A stretch of DNA of 64,000 nucleotides from Acidobacteriota bacterium (GCA_034666985.1 JAXDKS010000053.1:97980-161979), one strand, 5' to 3'. Counted from the stretch's first letter, positions 38,106 through 49,858 are shown. Notes: a model not told the origin generated them from the sequence alone. Program-made: numbers and translations.

Positions 38106-38671
38106 GTCGCGCCCGTCAGGCGCCGCGCCACGATCGCCATGTGATGGGCGTTGTGGTAGAGGGTGAAGAAGAGCATCTCGCGCAACGTCAGCTTGCCCAG
38201 GAGGGGGTGGGGAAGGCGCACGCGATCGAGCTCCTTCTCGGACCAGCGCTCCGAGGCGGACGTCCACTCGCTCACCGACCAGCCATAGACGGTGACGATT
38301 TCCTGGCGCCAGGCTTCGAGGTCGGAGGGCAGCGGCTTGTCGGACGGGGCGAACTTGCCCGCCTGGGCGCCGGCCGCGAGCTTGGCGCGATAGTCCTCCC
38401 GGAGCTTCTCGAAGCTTCGCGACGGCGCCGAGGCACCCCCGAAGAGCAGGCGCGGCACCAGCTTCGGCGAGCGGAGCGCCTTCGCCACCGGAAAGTTCGA
38501 CTTCGCGAGATGTCGCACGTGCCACGCCGGCGACCACGACTGACCCTGGGGAGCGAAGAAGACCTCAGTGGAGATCGACGCGAGAAATGGCGTGATCTCC
38601 TCGTGGAGCGCCTCCGCGGCGGCCCGAATCTCGACGCCGGTGCTCGGGTTCCCGGTCTCGAATTGCGGCAT
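38102..38671 (-). CDS. DinB family protein
   Basis: WSPAWHVRHL, PHPLLGKLTLREML, HNAHH. Confidence 0.88.
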   Translation of the reverse strand: MPQFETGNPSTGVEIRAAAEALHEEITPFLASISTEVFFAPQGQSWSPAWHVRHLAKSNFPVAKALRSPKLVPRLLFGGASAPSRSFEKLREDYRAKLAAGAQAGKFAPSDKPLPSDLEAWRQEIVTVYGWSVSEWTSASERWSEKELDRVRLPHPLLGKLTLREMLFFTLYHNAHHMAIVARRLTGAT

Positions 38672-38683
38672 GCGTCAGATTCC

Positions 38684-39166
38684 TCAGGGCAAAGTCGCGG
38701 GACTCGCAGGGGCAGCGGCGGGCCGGCGGGATTCCCGGATGATCAGGAAGGCGGGGATCAGCACCAGCCAGAAGCCCCCTTTCGGGTAGAAGACGAGGGC
38801 CGCCAGGTTCATGATCACGAGCTCCCACCCGATCGCCGCGGGAAGGCGCCTTCCCTGCCCCTCCACCCAGGCGACGAGATGCCCGAGCGTGAACGTCACC
38901 ACTCCCCAGAGCATGAACCAGAAGACCGCCTCCATGTCCGTCCGGGAGGGCACTCGGCCCAGCGCGGAGTCCGCCGTCCCGAGGAAGCCTTCGCGGGCCA
39001 TGCGGGCCAGCGGTCCCCGGGCGACCCAGGCCCCGCCGAGGATGTGGAGGACGCCTGCGAGCATCAACAGGCGCCCGGCCTTCTTCTCGCCGAGCCGCAC
39101 GATGATCAGGAGACCGATCAGGAAGAGCGGTCCCAGAGACAGCCGGACGAGGTCGGCTTCGAGCAC
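38684..39166 (-). CDS. Small membrane protein (DUF6463-like)
   Basis: GVLH, FWFM, P-x-GGFWL motifs. Confidence 0.6.
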   Translation of the reverse strand: MLEADLVRLSLGPLFLIGLLIIVRLGEKKAGRLLMLAGVLHILGGAWVARGPLARMAREGFLGTADSALGRVPSRTDMEAVFWFMLWGVVTFTLGHLVAWVEGQGRRLPAAIGWELVIMNLAALVFYPKGGFWLVLIPAFLIIRESRRPAAAPASPATLP

Positions 39167-39278
39167 GTCTCCAGTCTAGCAGCCGCTTTCAATCCCGCCC
39201 CGCTGAGGCTCGCTTTCACATCTTAGGCGCACCTAACATTCATGAAGGGCGAGCACCTCCAGCCCGGAAAGGAGAGGC

Positions 39279-39872
39279 ATGGACCTGACAGCATCCACTG
39301 TGACACCCATGGCCCGGAGCCACGGCTCGCAGACGTTCCTGGAGCGCCTCAACACCGTCTGGCACGAGCGGGCCCTGCAGGTCTTCACCGTCGTCGTGCT
39401 GGCCCATTGGGCGGAGCACCTGACGCAAGCCTTCCAGATCTACGTCCTCAAATGGCCGGTGCCGCAGTCGCGCGGCGTTCTGGGCCTGTGGTACCCGTGG
39501 CTCATCAAGTCCGAGGTGCTGCACTACGGCTATGCCCTCGTCATGCTGATCGGCCTCTGGGTGCTGCGCCCCGGGTTCGTCGGCACGGCGCGGCGGTGGT
39601 GGACGGTGGCGCTCGTCATCCAGTTCTGGCACCACATCGAGCATGCGCTACTGCAGGGGCAGGCCCTCGTCGGCCAGAACCTGTTCAACTCGCCGGTGCC
39701 GACCAGCATCGCCCAGCTCTGGATCCCCCGCGTCGAGCTGCACCTGATCTACAACACGATCGTCTTCATCCCCATGGTGATCGCCATGTACTACCACCTG
39801 TTCCCGCCGGCGGGAGAAGCGGCCCACATGAAATGCACCTGCGCCTTCCAGCCGCGCCTCGTCGCGGCCTAG
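39279..39872 (+). CDS. His-rich four-TM membrane protein
   Basis: HWAEH, LHY, WHHIEH, ELH in TM segments; AGGAGAGG RBS. Confidence 0.75.
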   Translation: MDLTASTVTPMARSHGSQTFLERLNTVWHERALQVFTVVVLAHWAEHLTQAFQIYVLKWPVPQSRGVLGLWYPWLIKSEVLHYGYALVMLIGLWVLRPGFVGTARRWWTVALVIQFWHHIEHALLQGQALVGQNLFNSPVPTSIAQLWIPRVELHLIYNTIVFIPMVIAMYYHLFPPAGEAAHMKCTCAFQPRLVAA

Positions 39873-41296
39873 ACCTGCTGTCCTCGGCTGGGGTGGGGCG
39901 CTTCCTGCGCTGGCGCCACGCGCGAACGGCGATGCAACTCCCGCTGTTCGCCGTGGCTGTGGCCATGGTCGTCCACGGATTCCTGGGCCCCCAGCTCGCG
40001 CCCCGCAATCTCGCCACCCTCCTCACCTGGGTGCACTACCGGGGCGCGCTCGTCCTGGTCCTCCTTGCGGGTGGCAACCTGTTCTGCATGGCCTGCCCCT
40101 TCATGCTCCCGCGCACGCTGGCCCGCCGCTTTTTCAAGCCCGTCCTGCGCTGGCCCCGCCGGCTGCGCTCGAAGTGGCTCGCGCTGGGGCTCTTCGTGCT
40201 CGTCCTCTATGCCTACGAGCTGTTCGACCTGTGGAGCTCGCCGTGGTGGACGGCCTGGCTCATCGTCGCCTATTTCGCCACCGCCCTCGCCGTTGACTCG
40301 CTGTTCAAGGATGCCTCGTTCTGCAAGTGGGTCTGCCCCCTCGGCCAGTTCAACTTCGTGGCGTCCACGGTCTCACCCCTGGAGGTGCGCGTCCGCGACG
40401 CCGACGCTTGCGTCACGTGCACCACGCACGACTGCATCCAGGGGACGCGCGATCCGGCCGATCCCTCCGTCGTCCTTCAGCAGGGCTGTGAGCTGGGCCT
40501 CTTCCTACCGAAGAAGACGGGCAACATGGACTGCACGTTCTGCCTCGACTGCGTCCACGCCTGCCCACACGACAACGTCGTGCTGACGACGCGCGTGCCG
40601 GCGAGCGAGCTGTGGGAAGATCCGCGCCGCTCCGGAATCGGGCTCTTCTCGCGGCGGAAGGACCTGGCGGCGCTGGCGGTCGTCTTCGCCTTCGGCGCCC
40701 TGGTGAACGCCTTCGGCATGGTGAGCCCGGTCTACGCCGTCGAGGAGTGGCTGGCCCGCTGGATGGGGACGACCCACGAGGCTCCGGTGCTGGGCGTTCT
40801 CTTCCTGCTCCTGCTGGTGGTGGAGCCCATCCTGCTCCTCGGCCTGGCCTCCTGGCTGACGCGCCGGGGCGCGGGCACGCGGGAGCCTCTGGTGCCCCTG
40901 ACCAACCGCTTCGCCTATGCCTTCATCCCCCTCGGCTTCGGCATCTGGCTGGCCCACTACACCTTCCATTTCGTCACCGGCTTGTGGACTTTCGTGCCGG
41001 TGACGCAGGAGGCTCTCGCCGCGGCCGGCCTGCCCTGGCTCGGGGCGCCGAGCTGGGGGCTCACCGGCCTCTCTCCAGGGCTGGTCCACCCCCTCGAGCT
41101 GGGTTTCCTCAGCTTGGGCCTGCTCGGCTCCCTGCTGGTGGCCTACCGGATCGCCGAGCGCGATTATCCGGTCCGCGCGGCGCGGGCGTTCGCGCCGTGG
41201 GCCGGCCTCTTCCTCCTCCTCGCGGCCGCCGCCATCTGGCTCCTCTACCAGCCCATGCAGATGCGCGGCACGATCATGGGAAGCATGGGAGGCTGA
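39833..41296 (+). CDS. Polytopic 4Fe-4S membrane protein (NapH/CcoG/FesM-like)
   Basis: FCMACP, FCKWVCP, CVTCTTHDC, CTFCLDCVHACP; start uncertain. Confidence 0.8.
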   Translation: MHLRLPAAPRRGLDLLSSAGVGRFLRWRHARTAMQLPLFAVAVAMVVHGFLGPQLAPRNLATLLTWVHYRGALVLVLLAGGNLFCMACPFMLPRTLARRFFKPVLRWPRRLRSKWLALGLFVLVLYAYELFDLWSSPWWTAWLIVAYFATALAVDSLFKDASFCKWVCPLGQFNFVASTVSPLEVRVRDADACVTCTTHDCIQGTRDPADPSVVLQQGCELGLFLPKKTGNMDCTFCLDCVHACPHDNVVLTTRVPASELWEDPRRSGIGLFSRRKDLAALAVVFAFGALVNAFGMVSPVYAVEEWLARWMGTTHEAPVLGVLFLLLLVVEPILLLGLASWLTRRGAGTREPLVPLTNRFAYAFIPLGFGIWLAHYTFHFVTGLWTFVPVTQEALAAAGLPWLGAPSWGLTGLSPGLVHPLELGFLSLGLLGSLLVAYRIAERDYPVRAARAFAPWAGLFLLLAAAAIWLLYQPMQMRGTIMGSMGG

Positions 41297-41297
41297 C

Positions 41298-41834
41298 ATG
41301 AAGGCACGCCTCCTGCTGCTCTGGACCCTCGCCTTCATCCTTTTCCCGTCCCTGGTTGTGGCTCACCAGGGTCCGCCGTTCCCCATCCTGGTGGACCGGC
41401 CCGTCGGACCGTACGTCGTCTCGGTCTGGACGGATCCGGACATCGGCACGGGCACCTTCTTCGTGATTCTCGACGCACCGGAAGGGAAACGCCTGCCCCC
41501 CCGCACCCGGGTGCGGATCGGCATCCGCCCCGTCTCTGGCCGTCTCCCGGAGGTCCTCTACGAAACGGAGGCGGAACGCGTCCGCCAAGGCGCGCGCTAC
41601 TTCACCTCGGCGCGCTTCGACCAGGGCGGGATGTGGCACGTCCGCTGTCTGATCGACGGCTCCGCCGGCGGCGGCGAGCTCACGGCCGACGTCGAGGCCA
41701 CGCCGGACGGCACCCTCGGGCCGCTCGGCTCGCTGATCTACCTCGTGCCCTTCCTCGGCGTGGGCGGTCTCTGGCTGAAGGCCGTTCTGTATCGCAGGAA
41801 CGCGGCGCGAGCGGTTGGCCACGCCGATTCGTAG
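41298..41834 (+). CDS. Exported protein with C-terminal TM anchor
   Basis: Signal peptide ending VVA|HQGPP, beta-rich domain, C-terminal TM. Confidence 0.7.
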   Translation: MKARLLLLWTLAFILFPSLVVAHQGPPFPILVDRPVGPYVVSVWTDPDIGTGTFFVILDAPEGKRLPPRTRVRIGIRPVSGRLPEVLYETEAERVRQGARYFTSARFDQGGMWHVRCLIDGSAGGGELTADVEATPDGTLGPLGSLIYLVPFLGVGGLWLKAVLYRRNAARAVGHADS

Positions 41835-42021
41835 CGCTCTGAATACATCCTTTCACCAGTCTCGGGCACGAGGTGATTCCTCGGCGAAATTTGTGAAGGT
41901 CAGCGGGTTGGTCAGCCCCAAGAACGGATTATGTCCGGCCCTTCCGTTCAATCTGCGATGAAAGTCGTTTTAAACCGTGAATTTCACGTTTTGTAAAGAC
42001 GTCGATGCCGCCAATCCGCCA

Positions 42022-42051
42022 TTGACCCCAGGGCGAATCGCTCTTTACGAT
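42022..42051 (+). promoter_or_regulatory. Sigma70-type promoter for a leaderless XRE gene
   Basis: TTGACC-N18-TACGAT, ATG 6 nt downstream. Confidence 0.55.
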
Positions 42052-42057
42052 GGATCC

Positions 42058-42552
42058 ATGGACGTGAGCGAATTCCAGGAAGAAATCGCGAAGTGGCGTA
42101 TCGCGGCCGGATTCACACAGGAAGAGCTCGACGAGAAGTGCGAGCTCCGGCCTGGGACGGTGGGGCGTCTCGAGCAGAAAAAATTGAAGATGACGGAAGA
42201 CCACTTCCTCCGAATCCTGATCTGTACGAAACAGGACCCCTTGTGGATCCTGCTCGCGAGCTGCGGCTCTCTGTACGCCAGGCTCCGGCCCCTGGAGGCC
42301 GAACTGAGCAAACGGTTCCGAGTCGGTCCGAATCAATATAAACCCTTGATCGACGAAGATTTCCAGCGCGGCCTCAAGGAGATGTTCTCGGGTGCGCAGG
42401 TCGTCTTGACCAAGGTGGCGAGAGCCGCGGATCCGAAGGCCTGGGCTATCGACCTGCTGCTCAGGGCGGCCAGCCAGGGAGCCGCGGACGATCAGCCGAA
42501 GCGCCACCGGGTGAGAGCGAAACGGCTGCCGTCGGCCGATCCTTCTTCCTAA
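42058..42552 (+). CDS. XRE-like HTH protein
   Basis: IAKWRIAAGFTQEELDEKCELRPGTVGRLE. Confidence 0.7.
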   Translation: MDVSEFQEEIAKWRIAAGFTQEELDEKCELRPGTVGRLEQKKLKMTEDHFLRILICTKQDPLWILLASCGSLYARLRPLEAELSKRFRVGPNQYKPLIDEDFQRGLKEMFSGAQVVLTKVARAADPKAWAIDLLLRAASQGAADDQPKRHRVRAKRLPSADPSS

Positions 42553-42631
42553 AGCTTCCTTCAGATGGGCATAGCGTGGCACGGGGATTGAACCGAGACT
42601 GGAAGAGGATAGACTGTCCCTGGAGACTGCC

Positions 42632-43249
42632 ATGCCTGACGACTACGTATCTGACGAACCGCTGACCGACGAGATCTCCGCCGCCGTGGCCGAGGACTTC
42701 GAGAATTTCGACTCCGAACGGGCTGAGAGGGAGTCCGAGGAGGCCCTGGCCCAGGGCACGTCGCTGCCCAGCCGTGGCCTGCTGAGCTTCTACGACCGTC
42801 TGCGGGAGAAGATCTTCAAAGTGGTGGAGAAGCGCGGCGGCAAGCTCTCCGAGGGAACCGTGCGGGCGCTGATGCTGGTGCCGGACGTGTTCATCCTCCT
42901 GGTGCGGCTGACGCTCGACAAGGAGGTGCCCGGCTCGACGCGGGCGCTGATCGGCGGCGCCCTCGCCTACTTCGTCCTGCCGTTCGACCTGCTCCCCGAG
43001 GCCATCCTCGGCGGCGCCGGCTACCTGGACGACTTGGTGCTCGCCACGGCCGTGCTGTCCCAGGCCTTCGGCGGCGATCTCGAGCCCTACGCCCGCAAGC
43101 ACTGGAGCGGCTCGGAGGACCTGCGCGTCGTCATCCGCGACATCAGCGAGACCGCCCAGTCGCTCCTCGGCCAGAATCTCTACGACCGCCTCCGCCGGCT
43201 GATGTCTCGCCGCGGGATCGACGTGGAGGCCCCGGAGCGCGAATCCTAG
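42632..43249 (+). CDS. YkvA/DUF1232 family protein
   Basis: ALAYFVLPFDLLPE...GYLDD. Confidence 0.85.
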   Translation: MPDDYVSDEPLTDEISAAVAEDFENFDSERAERESEEALAQGTSLPSRGLLSFYDRLREKIFKVVEKRGGKLSEGTVRALMLVPDVFILLVRLTLDKEVPGSTRALIGGALAYFVLPFDLLPEAILGGAGYLDDLVLATAVLSQAFGGDLEPYARKHWSGSEDLRVVIRDISETAQSLLGQNLYDRLRRLMSRRGIDVEAPERES

Positions 43250-43267
43250 GATCTCCGGCCCCAAAGA

Positions 43268-43395
43268 GCCTCTCTTGCCCAGAATAGACTGATATTGCCC
43301 AAATAAGCCTCCCTTGCCCAGGGCAGCCTTCTTTGCCCAGAGGCACCTCCTTTTGCCCAAAGGGCCTTCTTTTGCCCAGGGAGCTTCAAAATGCC
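43268..43395. repeat. Degenerate 19-20 bp tandem repeat with a TTGCCCA core
   Basis: TTGCCCA at 43275, 43295, 43314, 43333, 43353, 43372, plus a decayed copy at about 43391. Confidence 0.8.
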
Positions 43396-43404
43396 TACCG
43401 GGCG

Positions 43405-43959
43405 TTATTTGGAGCTCCGTCGCTCCCGCAGCTCCTCGAACAGCTCTCGGACGGCGGGAAAGCCCCCGTCCGGGAAATTGTCGGGATTGTCCCAGAACTC
43501 AGACAGGGCGCCGGTGCCCCAGCGCTCGTAGACCGCCACCTTGAGCATGAGCTGGAGCTTGTCGCAGGCCTTCACCAGCCGGGCCTCGGGGGTGGTCCCT
43601 TCCTGATACTCGTCGTAGAGGAGCCGGGTCCGCTCGGGCAGGGGAGCCAGGACGTCGGCCATGGCCGCGGCCTCCGCCGCCTTCTTTGCTCCCGGGGGGA
43701 AGTAGTGGGAGGAGGTGCGGGGCAGGTCGCCGATGCGCAACTCGGCCAGATCGTGGACGAGGGCGATCTCCACCGCCCGCGACACGTCGACTCCTTCGCT
43801 CTGCATGCCCAGAGTCCAGACGAGGAACAGCACGTGCAGCGTGTGCTCCGCGACGCTCTCCGGATCGGCGACGCCGCGCAGCACGTAGCCGGACCGGGGA
43901 ATGCGGTCGAGCATCTGGATCTCGAGGAAGAGGTCGAGCAGGGTGCGGTTCGCTTTCAT
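43405..43959 (-). CDS. HD-domain hydrolase (5'-deoxynucleotidase-like)
   Basis: PRSGY, ESVAEH, HDLAE, GD, ACDKL. Confidence 0.88.
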   Translation of the reverse strand: MKANRTLLDLFLEIQMLDRIPRSGYVLRGVADPESVAEHTLHVLFLVWTLGMQSEGVDVSRAVEIALVHDLAELRIGDLPRTSSHYFPPGAKKAAEAAAMADVLAPLPERTRLLYDEYQEGTTPEARLVKACDKLQLMLKVAVYERWGTGALSEFWDNPDNFPDGGFPAVRELFEELRERRSSK

Positions 43960-44018
43960 GGCGTGGGGAGGGTACGCTATTCGTCAGGGCGCGTCGAGTG
44001 CCGCCTTAAGGAGTCCCG

Positions 44019-44672
44019 ATGAAGCCGTCTTTCCGCAACACGCTGCTGCTCGCCGGTCTCGCCGTCTTGGGGCTGGGGGCCGCGCCGGCGGGTCCGATCC
44101 GGATCGGGAAGGGGGAGATCGAGTTCCCCGCCATCGTCACCCGGAAGTCCTTCGAGCGCGAGCTCCTGGGCATGGGGATGCCCGGCTACCACCTGATCGT
44201 CTGGCAGGACGGCGGGGCGGCGATGGCCTCGCTCTTCCGCGCCGAGGTCACGGATATCCAGGTGCTGGACGCCCTGGAGAGTCTGGGGGCCAAGCCGGGG
44301 AACGCCCTCGGCATGGACACCTGGGAGGAGCGCAAGGACAAGGATTCGAAGGCGCCCGACAAGGTCATCGCCGGACCGCCCGTCGAGATCCTGGTGCGGG
44401 TGCCGGGCCGGCCCGCCCTCCTCACCCTCGGTCAGATCCTGCAGGATCCTGGAGGCCGCGGCTTCGACATGCGCTTCGGCGGCCACCGCGCGAACATCCC
44501 GAAGTGGAAGTCCGGCTGCATCGTCTGCCTCTACTCCTGCCCCGGCAGCAAGGTCGGAAACGCCCGCTACACCGTGCGCGACTGGGTGAACGAGCGCACG
44601 AAGTTCCGGGTGAAGCCGGGGGTGCTGCCGGAGGATGGGACGCGGGTGGGGATCGTGTTCCGTCTGCGGTGA
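44019..44672 (+). CDS. YdjY-like exported protein
   Basis: Signal peptide, SGCIVCLYSCPG. Confidence 0.65.
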   Translation: MKPSFRNTLLLAGLAVLGLGAAPAGPIRIGKGEIEFPAIVTRKSFERELLGMGMPGYHLIVWQDGGAAMASLFRAEVTDIQVLDALESLGAKPGNALGMDTWEERKDKDSKAPDKVIAGPPVEILVRVPGRPALLTLGQILQDPGGRGFDMRFGGHRANIPKWKSGCIVCLYSCPGSKVGNARYTVRDWVNERTKFRVKPGVLPEDGTRVGIVFRLR

Positions 44673-44678
44673 GACCCC

Positions 44679-44981
44679 CTACTTCCCCGGCACCGGGAAA
44701 ATCTGCCCCCGGCTCGCGTAGTCGGCGAGCGTCAGCCCGATCAGGATGGCGAGCCAGAGGAATCCGGCGGCGGCGGTGAGGGCCGTCATCCGCGTGCTGT
44801 AGCGCACGTGCATGAAGAAGAGGAGCACGAGCATGGCCTTGGTGACGGCGATGGTGAGGGCCACCACGTCGTTGAAGGCTCCGAGATCCACCTCCGCCGC
44901 CGCCACCGTGAGACCGGTCAGGATCAGCAGGGCCGCGAAGACCAGGAAGTACACCTTGCGCGAAGTCACGTGCTCAGCCAT
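44679..44981 (-). CDS. coxD: Cytochrome c oxidase subunit IV
   Basis: IAVTKAMLVLLFFMH, 3 TMs, operon position. Confidence 0.88.
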   Translation of the reverse strand: MAEHVTSRKVYFLVFAALLILTGLTVAAAEVDLGAFNDVVALTIAVTKAMLVLLFFMHVRYSTRMTALTAAAGFLWLAILIGLTLADYASRGQIFPVPGK

Positions 44982-44990
44982 GGCGGTCCT

Positions 44991-45696
44991 TTAGCGGGCG
45001 TGGGCCCCGAGCAGGTAGAGCAGGGGGAAGAGGAAGATCCAGACGATGTCCACGAAGTGCCAGTAGAGGCCCGTCATCTCCAGCGGGTTGTGGTACTCCG
45101 GGCCGTACTTCCCCTTCCAGGACAGCACGGCCAGCACGACGAGGATGCCGATGCCGATGATCATGTGCAGGGCGTGCAGGCCGGTCATGATGAAGTAGAG
45201 GGAGAAGAAGATCGAGGCGTGCCGCTCGAGCTGGGGGTCCGTGACCTTCACGTGCTCGGACTCCGGCACGAAGTGGAAGGTCGGCCCCGGCACGTGGTGG
45301 GTCTCGAACTTCTCCCGGTACTCCACGGACTTGATGCCGAGGAACGCCGATCCCAGAAGGATCGTCAATCCCAGGAACAGGACGATCCCCTTGCGCCAAC
45401 TCACCTGCGCCGCCCAGATCGCCAGCACCATGGTCAGGCTGCTGCCGATCAGGATGGCGGTGTTGATCGCCCCCATCGGCACGTTCAGCGTGTGGCTCGC
45501 CAGGGCGAAGGCCTGGGGGTACAGCCGCCGGTAGATCACGTAGGCGGTGAAGAGACCGCCGAAGAACATGATCTCGGTGACCAGGAAAAGCCACGTCCCC
45601 AGCGTCGAGGACTCCTTCTGCTGGTCGAGCGAGTCGAACTGATGGGCCAGGTCGCGATGATGCGCGGCGTGACCGTGCGGTTCCATCAACGGTTCG

Positions 45697-45704
<8 letters not shown>
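44991..45704 (-). CDS. coxC: Cytochrome c oxidase subunit III
   Basis: [31 protein letters not shown]. Confidence 0.93.
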
Positions 45705-47367
<1,663 letters not shown>

Positions 47368-47386
47368 GGCTTCTTTCTCATGCTTC

Positions 47387-48439
47387 TCAATGCGGAGTGC
47401 CCGGGCCCGCGGTCTGCGGCTGGTTGGAGTCCGTGCGGCCGCCGGCCGTATCCGTCGGCCCGGCGTTCGGTCCGCCCGTGCCGCCGGCCGGCGCGCTGCC
47501 CACAGGGCCGAGGGAGCGGACATAGGCGATGAGCTGGCTGAGCTGCTCCTCGGTGACCTGCCCCTGGAAGGTGGGCATCACCGGATCCCAGCCCGCCACG
47601 AGCTTGGCCGTGGGATTGAGGATCGACTCGCGGACGTAGTTGTCGTCGGCGATCACCGTGCGGCCGTCGGCGAGCTTCACCTGGTTGCCGTAGACCCCTT
47701 CGAGCGCGGGCCCGCGGGCCAGGCGGCCGGAGGCGCCCGCCCGGTGGCAGGTGACGCAGGCCAGCGACTGGAAGAGGTCGCCGCCCGTCGCCACCATCGA
47801 CTTGCCCGCGGCGCCGCCCGCCAGCCAGCTCTCGTAGTCCCTGGGCTCCATGACGATGACGCTGCCGATCATCTTCGAGTGCTCGCCGCCGCAGTACTCG
47901 GCGCAGAACAGGTGATAGACCCCGGGCTTGGTGGCGTGGAACCAGAGGGAGGTGTAGCGCCCCGGGATCACGTCCTGCTTCACCCGGAAGGCCGGGATGT
48001 AGAAGCTGTGGATGACGTCCTCGGAAGTCATCTTCATGACCACCGACTGCCCCACGGGCATGTGCAGGGTGTTGATCTCCCGCTGCCCTTCCGGGTGCTG
48101 GACCTTCCACATCCACTGCCGGCCGATGGCGGTGTACTCCACGGCGTCGGCGGGCGGCCGGTAGATGTTGAAGAAGACCCGCGTCCCCCAGACGAACATC
48201 GCCAGGGCGATCACCAGGGGGATGACCGACCAGCCGACCTCGAGCCAGAGGGCCGCCTTCTCTTCCGCTCCCACCTCCTCGGGATGGCGCCGGCGGTAGC
48301 GGACCATGAAGTAGAGGATCAGGCCGGCGATCAGGGCGGTGAAGAAGATGCTGATCACCGACCAGACGATGAACAGCAGGTCGACGTCCCCGGAGAGGGA
48401 GGAGGCGGAGTCGGGAAAGAGCGGAAACGGTGAGCTCAT
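47387..48439 (-). CDS. coxB: Cytochrome c oxidase subunit II with fused cytochrome c (caa3 type)
   Basis: [18 protein letters not shown] (CuA), CVTCH. Confidence 0.95.
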   Translation of the reverse strand: MSSPFPLFPDSASSLSGDVDLLFIVWSVISIFFTALIAGLILYFMVRYRRRHPEEVGAEEKAALWLEVGWSVIPLVIALAMFVWGTRVFFNIYRPPADAVEYTAIGRQWMWKVQHPEGQREINTLHMPVGQSVVMKMTSEDVIHSFYIPAFRVKQDVIPGRYTSLWFHATKPGVYHLFCAEYCGGEHSKMIGSVIVMEPRDYESWLAGGAAGKSMVATGGDLFQSLACVTCHRAGASGRLARGPALEGVYGNQVKLADGRTVIADDNYVRESILNPTAKLVAGWDPVMPTFQGQVTEEQLSQLIAYVRSLGPVGSAPAGGTGGPNAGPTDTAGGRTDSNQPQTAGPGTPH

Positions 48440-48440
48440 G

Positions 48441-49271
48441 TCAGGCGGCTCCCAAAGGACCGGGCTCGGCGGTCTCCCGCCGCCGCAGGAAGACGATCAG
48501 AAGGGCGAGGGCCAGCACGGTCGCCACGGCCGAGATGCGCAGGATGTTGAGGGTGGCGGCGCTGTAGCGGCCCACCGTCGGATCGTAGTGGAAGCAGTAG
48601 AGGAGGACCTGGTCGACGACGGTGCCGAGTTTGCCGTGGCCCGACTCCACCAGGCCTAGCCGGATGTCGCGGGCCGGGAACTCGACCCCCAGGATGTAGC
48701 GCGACACCCGCCCCTCGGGAGTGAGGATCACCATGCCGGCGGCGTGGGCGAACTGGTTGCGCGCGGGATCGTAGACGTAGCGGAAGCCGACCGCCTGGGT
48801 CAGCCGGGCGATCGAGTCCCGCGAGCCGGTGAGAAAGTGCCAGCCCCCCTCGGTGCCCGGCCGCGCGTAGCGCTCCAGGATCTCCCGCTTCTTCTTCGCG
48901 GCCAGGGCCGGCGTCTCCGCCGGATCGATGCTCGCCACGATCACGTCGAAGTCGCGTCCGGGATCGAGCGACAGCGGCTTGAGGCCCGTCTCCACCCCCT
49001 GCAACACCAGGTCGCAGAGCATGGGACAGTGATAGTAGGCGAGCACCAGGACGGCCGGCCGCTGGCCCTGCTTACCGAGGAGATCCCCCAGCTTCACCTC
49101 GCGGCCCGCCTCGTCCCGCCAGGCCGAGTCGACGGGGATCTTCTCGCCGATCCGCTGGTCATAGCCCACCGCCTTGAGCGGCCCCGGCATCTCCGAGCTG
49201 GGCACCACGGACGACGCTGCCTGCGCCACGCCGGCCATCAAGAGCAGGGCGGAGAAGAGCCAACCCTTCAA
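48441..49271 (-). CDS. SCO/SenC family protein
   Basis: YYHCPMLC (CxxxC), FAHAAG, YCFHYDP; TTG start approximate. Confidence 0.88.
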   Translation of the reverse strand: MKGWLFSALLLMAGVAQAASSVVPSSEMPGPLKAVGYDQRIGEKIPVDSAWRDEAGREVKLGDLLGKQGQRPAVLVLAYYHCPMLCDLVLQGVETGLKPLSLDPGRDFDVIVASIDPAETPALAAKKKREILERYARPGTEGGWHFLTGSRDSIARLTQAVGFRYVYDPARNQFAHAAGMVILTPEGRVSRYILGVEFPARDIRLGLVESGHGKLGTVVDQVLLYCFHYDPTVGRYSAATLNILRISAVATVLALALLIVFLRRRETAEPGPLGAA

Positions 49272-49858
49272 TGAATCCCTCCCTGCCGTCCCTTGGGTCC
49301 CCTTGTCCCTGCTGGTTGGGTCGGCCGCGCGTTTTGCACCGTGGCGCCGGGCGTCGTCGCCGTGGTGCCGGCGGCGTCTGTGGTGACCGGCGCCCCTGTC
49401 TTCCCGCCCACCACCTCGGGGGCGACGCCGCGGGCGGCGATGACGTCGATGGCGTCCTGCAATGGCAGGCGCACCAGGCCTTGACGCTGGTCGATCCAGG
49501 CGGCCTGATTGAGCTCCTTGTCCTCGTTCTCCCGCATCGCGGTCATGTCCAGCACCGGGCTCTGCTGGAGCAGGGGCGCCGGCGGCGGCTGCTGCGGATT
49601 GGCGGCCTCGATGGGCGACAGGCGCACGTCCCGCTTCTCGTCGTAGCGCTGGAAGCCCTTGAGCATCCACCACACCACCAGATGCGCCACCACCGCCACG
49701 ACGACGAGGACGACGCCGCTCCAGACCACGCCGCGGAGGTTGATCTCGCGGTCGAAATGCTCCGTCTCCGGAGCGTAGGCGGAGTGGCCCTGGCCGGTCG
49801 CGGGACCGGTCTCCGTCTGGTCGCGGTTGCGGTCATCGCGCGAGGATCGGTCACTCAT
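49268..49858 (-). CDS. ActG-like single-TM subunit
   Basis: One TM, PAPLLQ, WID...VRLPLQDAI; lies between actF and SCO. Confidence 0.65.
   Translation of the reverse strand: MSDRSSRDDRNRDQTETGPATGQGHSAYAPETEHFDREINLRGVVWSGVVLVVVAVVAHLVVWWMLKGFQRYDEKRDVRLSPIEAANPQQPPPAPLLQQSPVLDMTAMRENEDKELNQAAWIDQRQGLVRLPLQDAIDVIAARGVAPEVVGGKTGAPVTTDAAGTTATTPGATVQNARPTQPAGTRGPKGRQGGIH

Noticed and set aside
39242-39832. N-terminal 200 aa of the 684-aa ORF
   Set aside because: Overlaps the His-rich membrane gene in another frame; the ferredoxin-like protein probably starts near 39833
43268-43395. Possible CRISPR array (also 16257-16372 and 61273-61374)
   Set aside because: Periods of 9-21 bp are too short, there are no 30-40 bp unique spacers, and no cas genes are present
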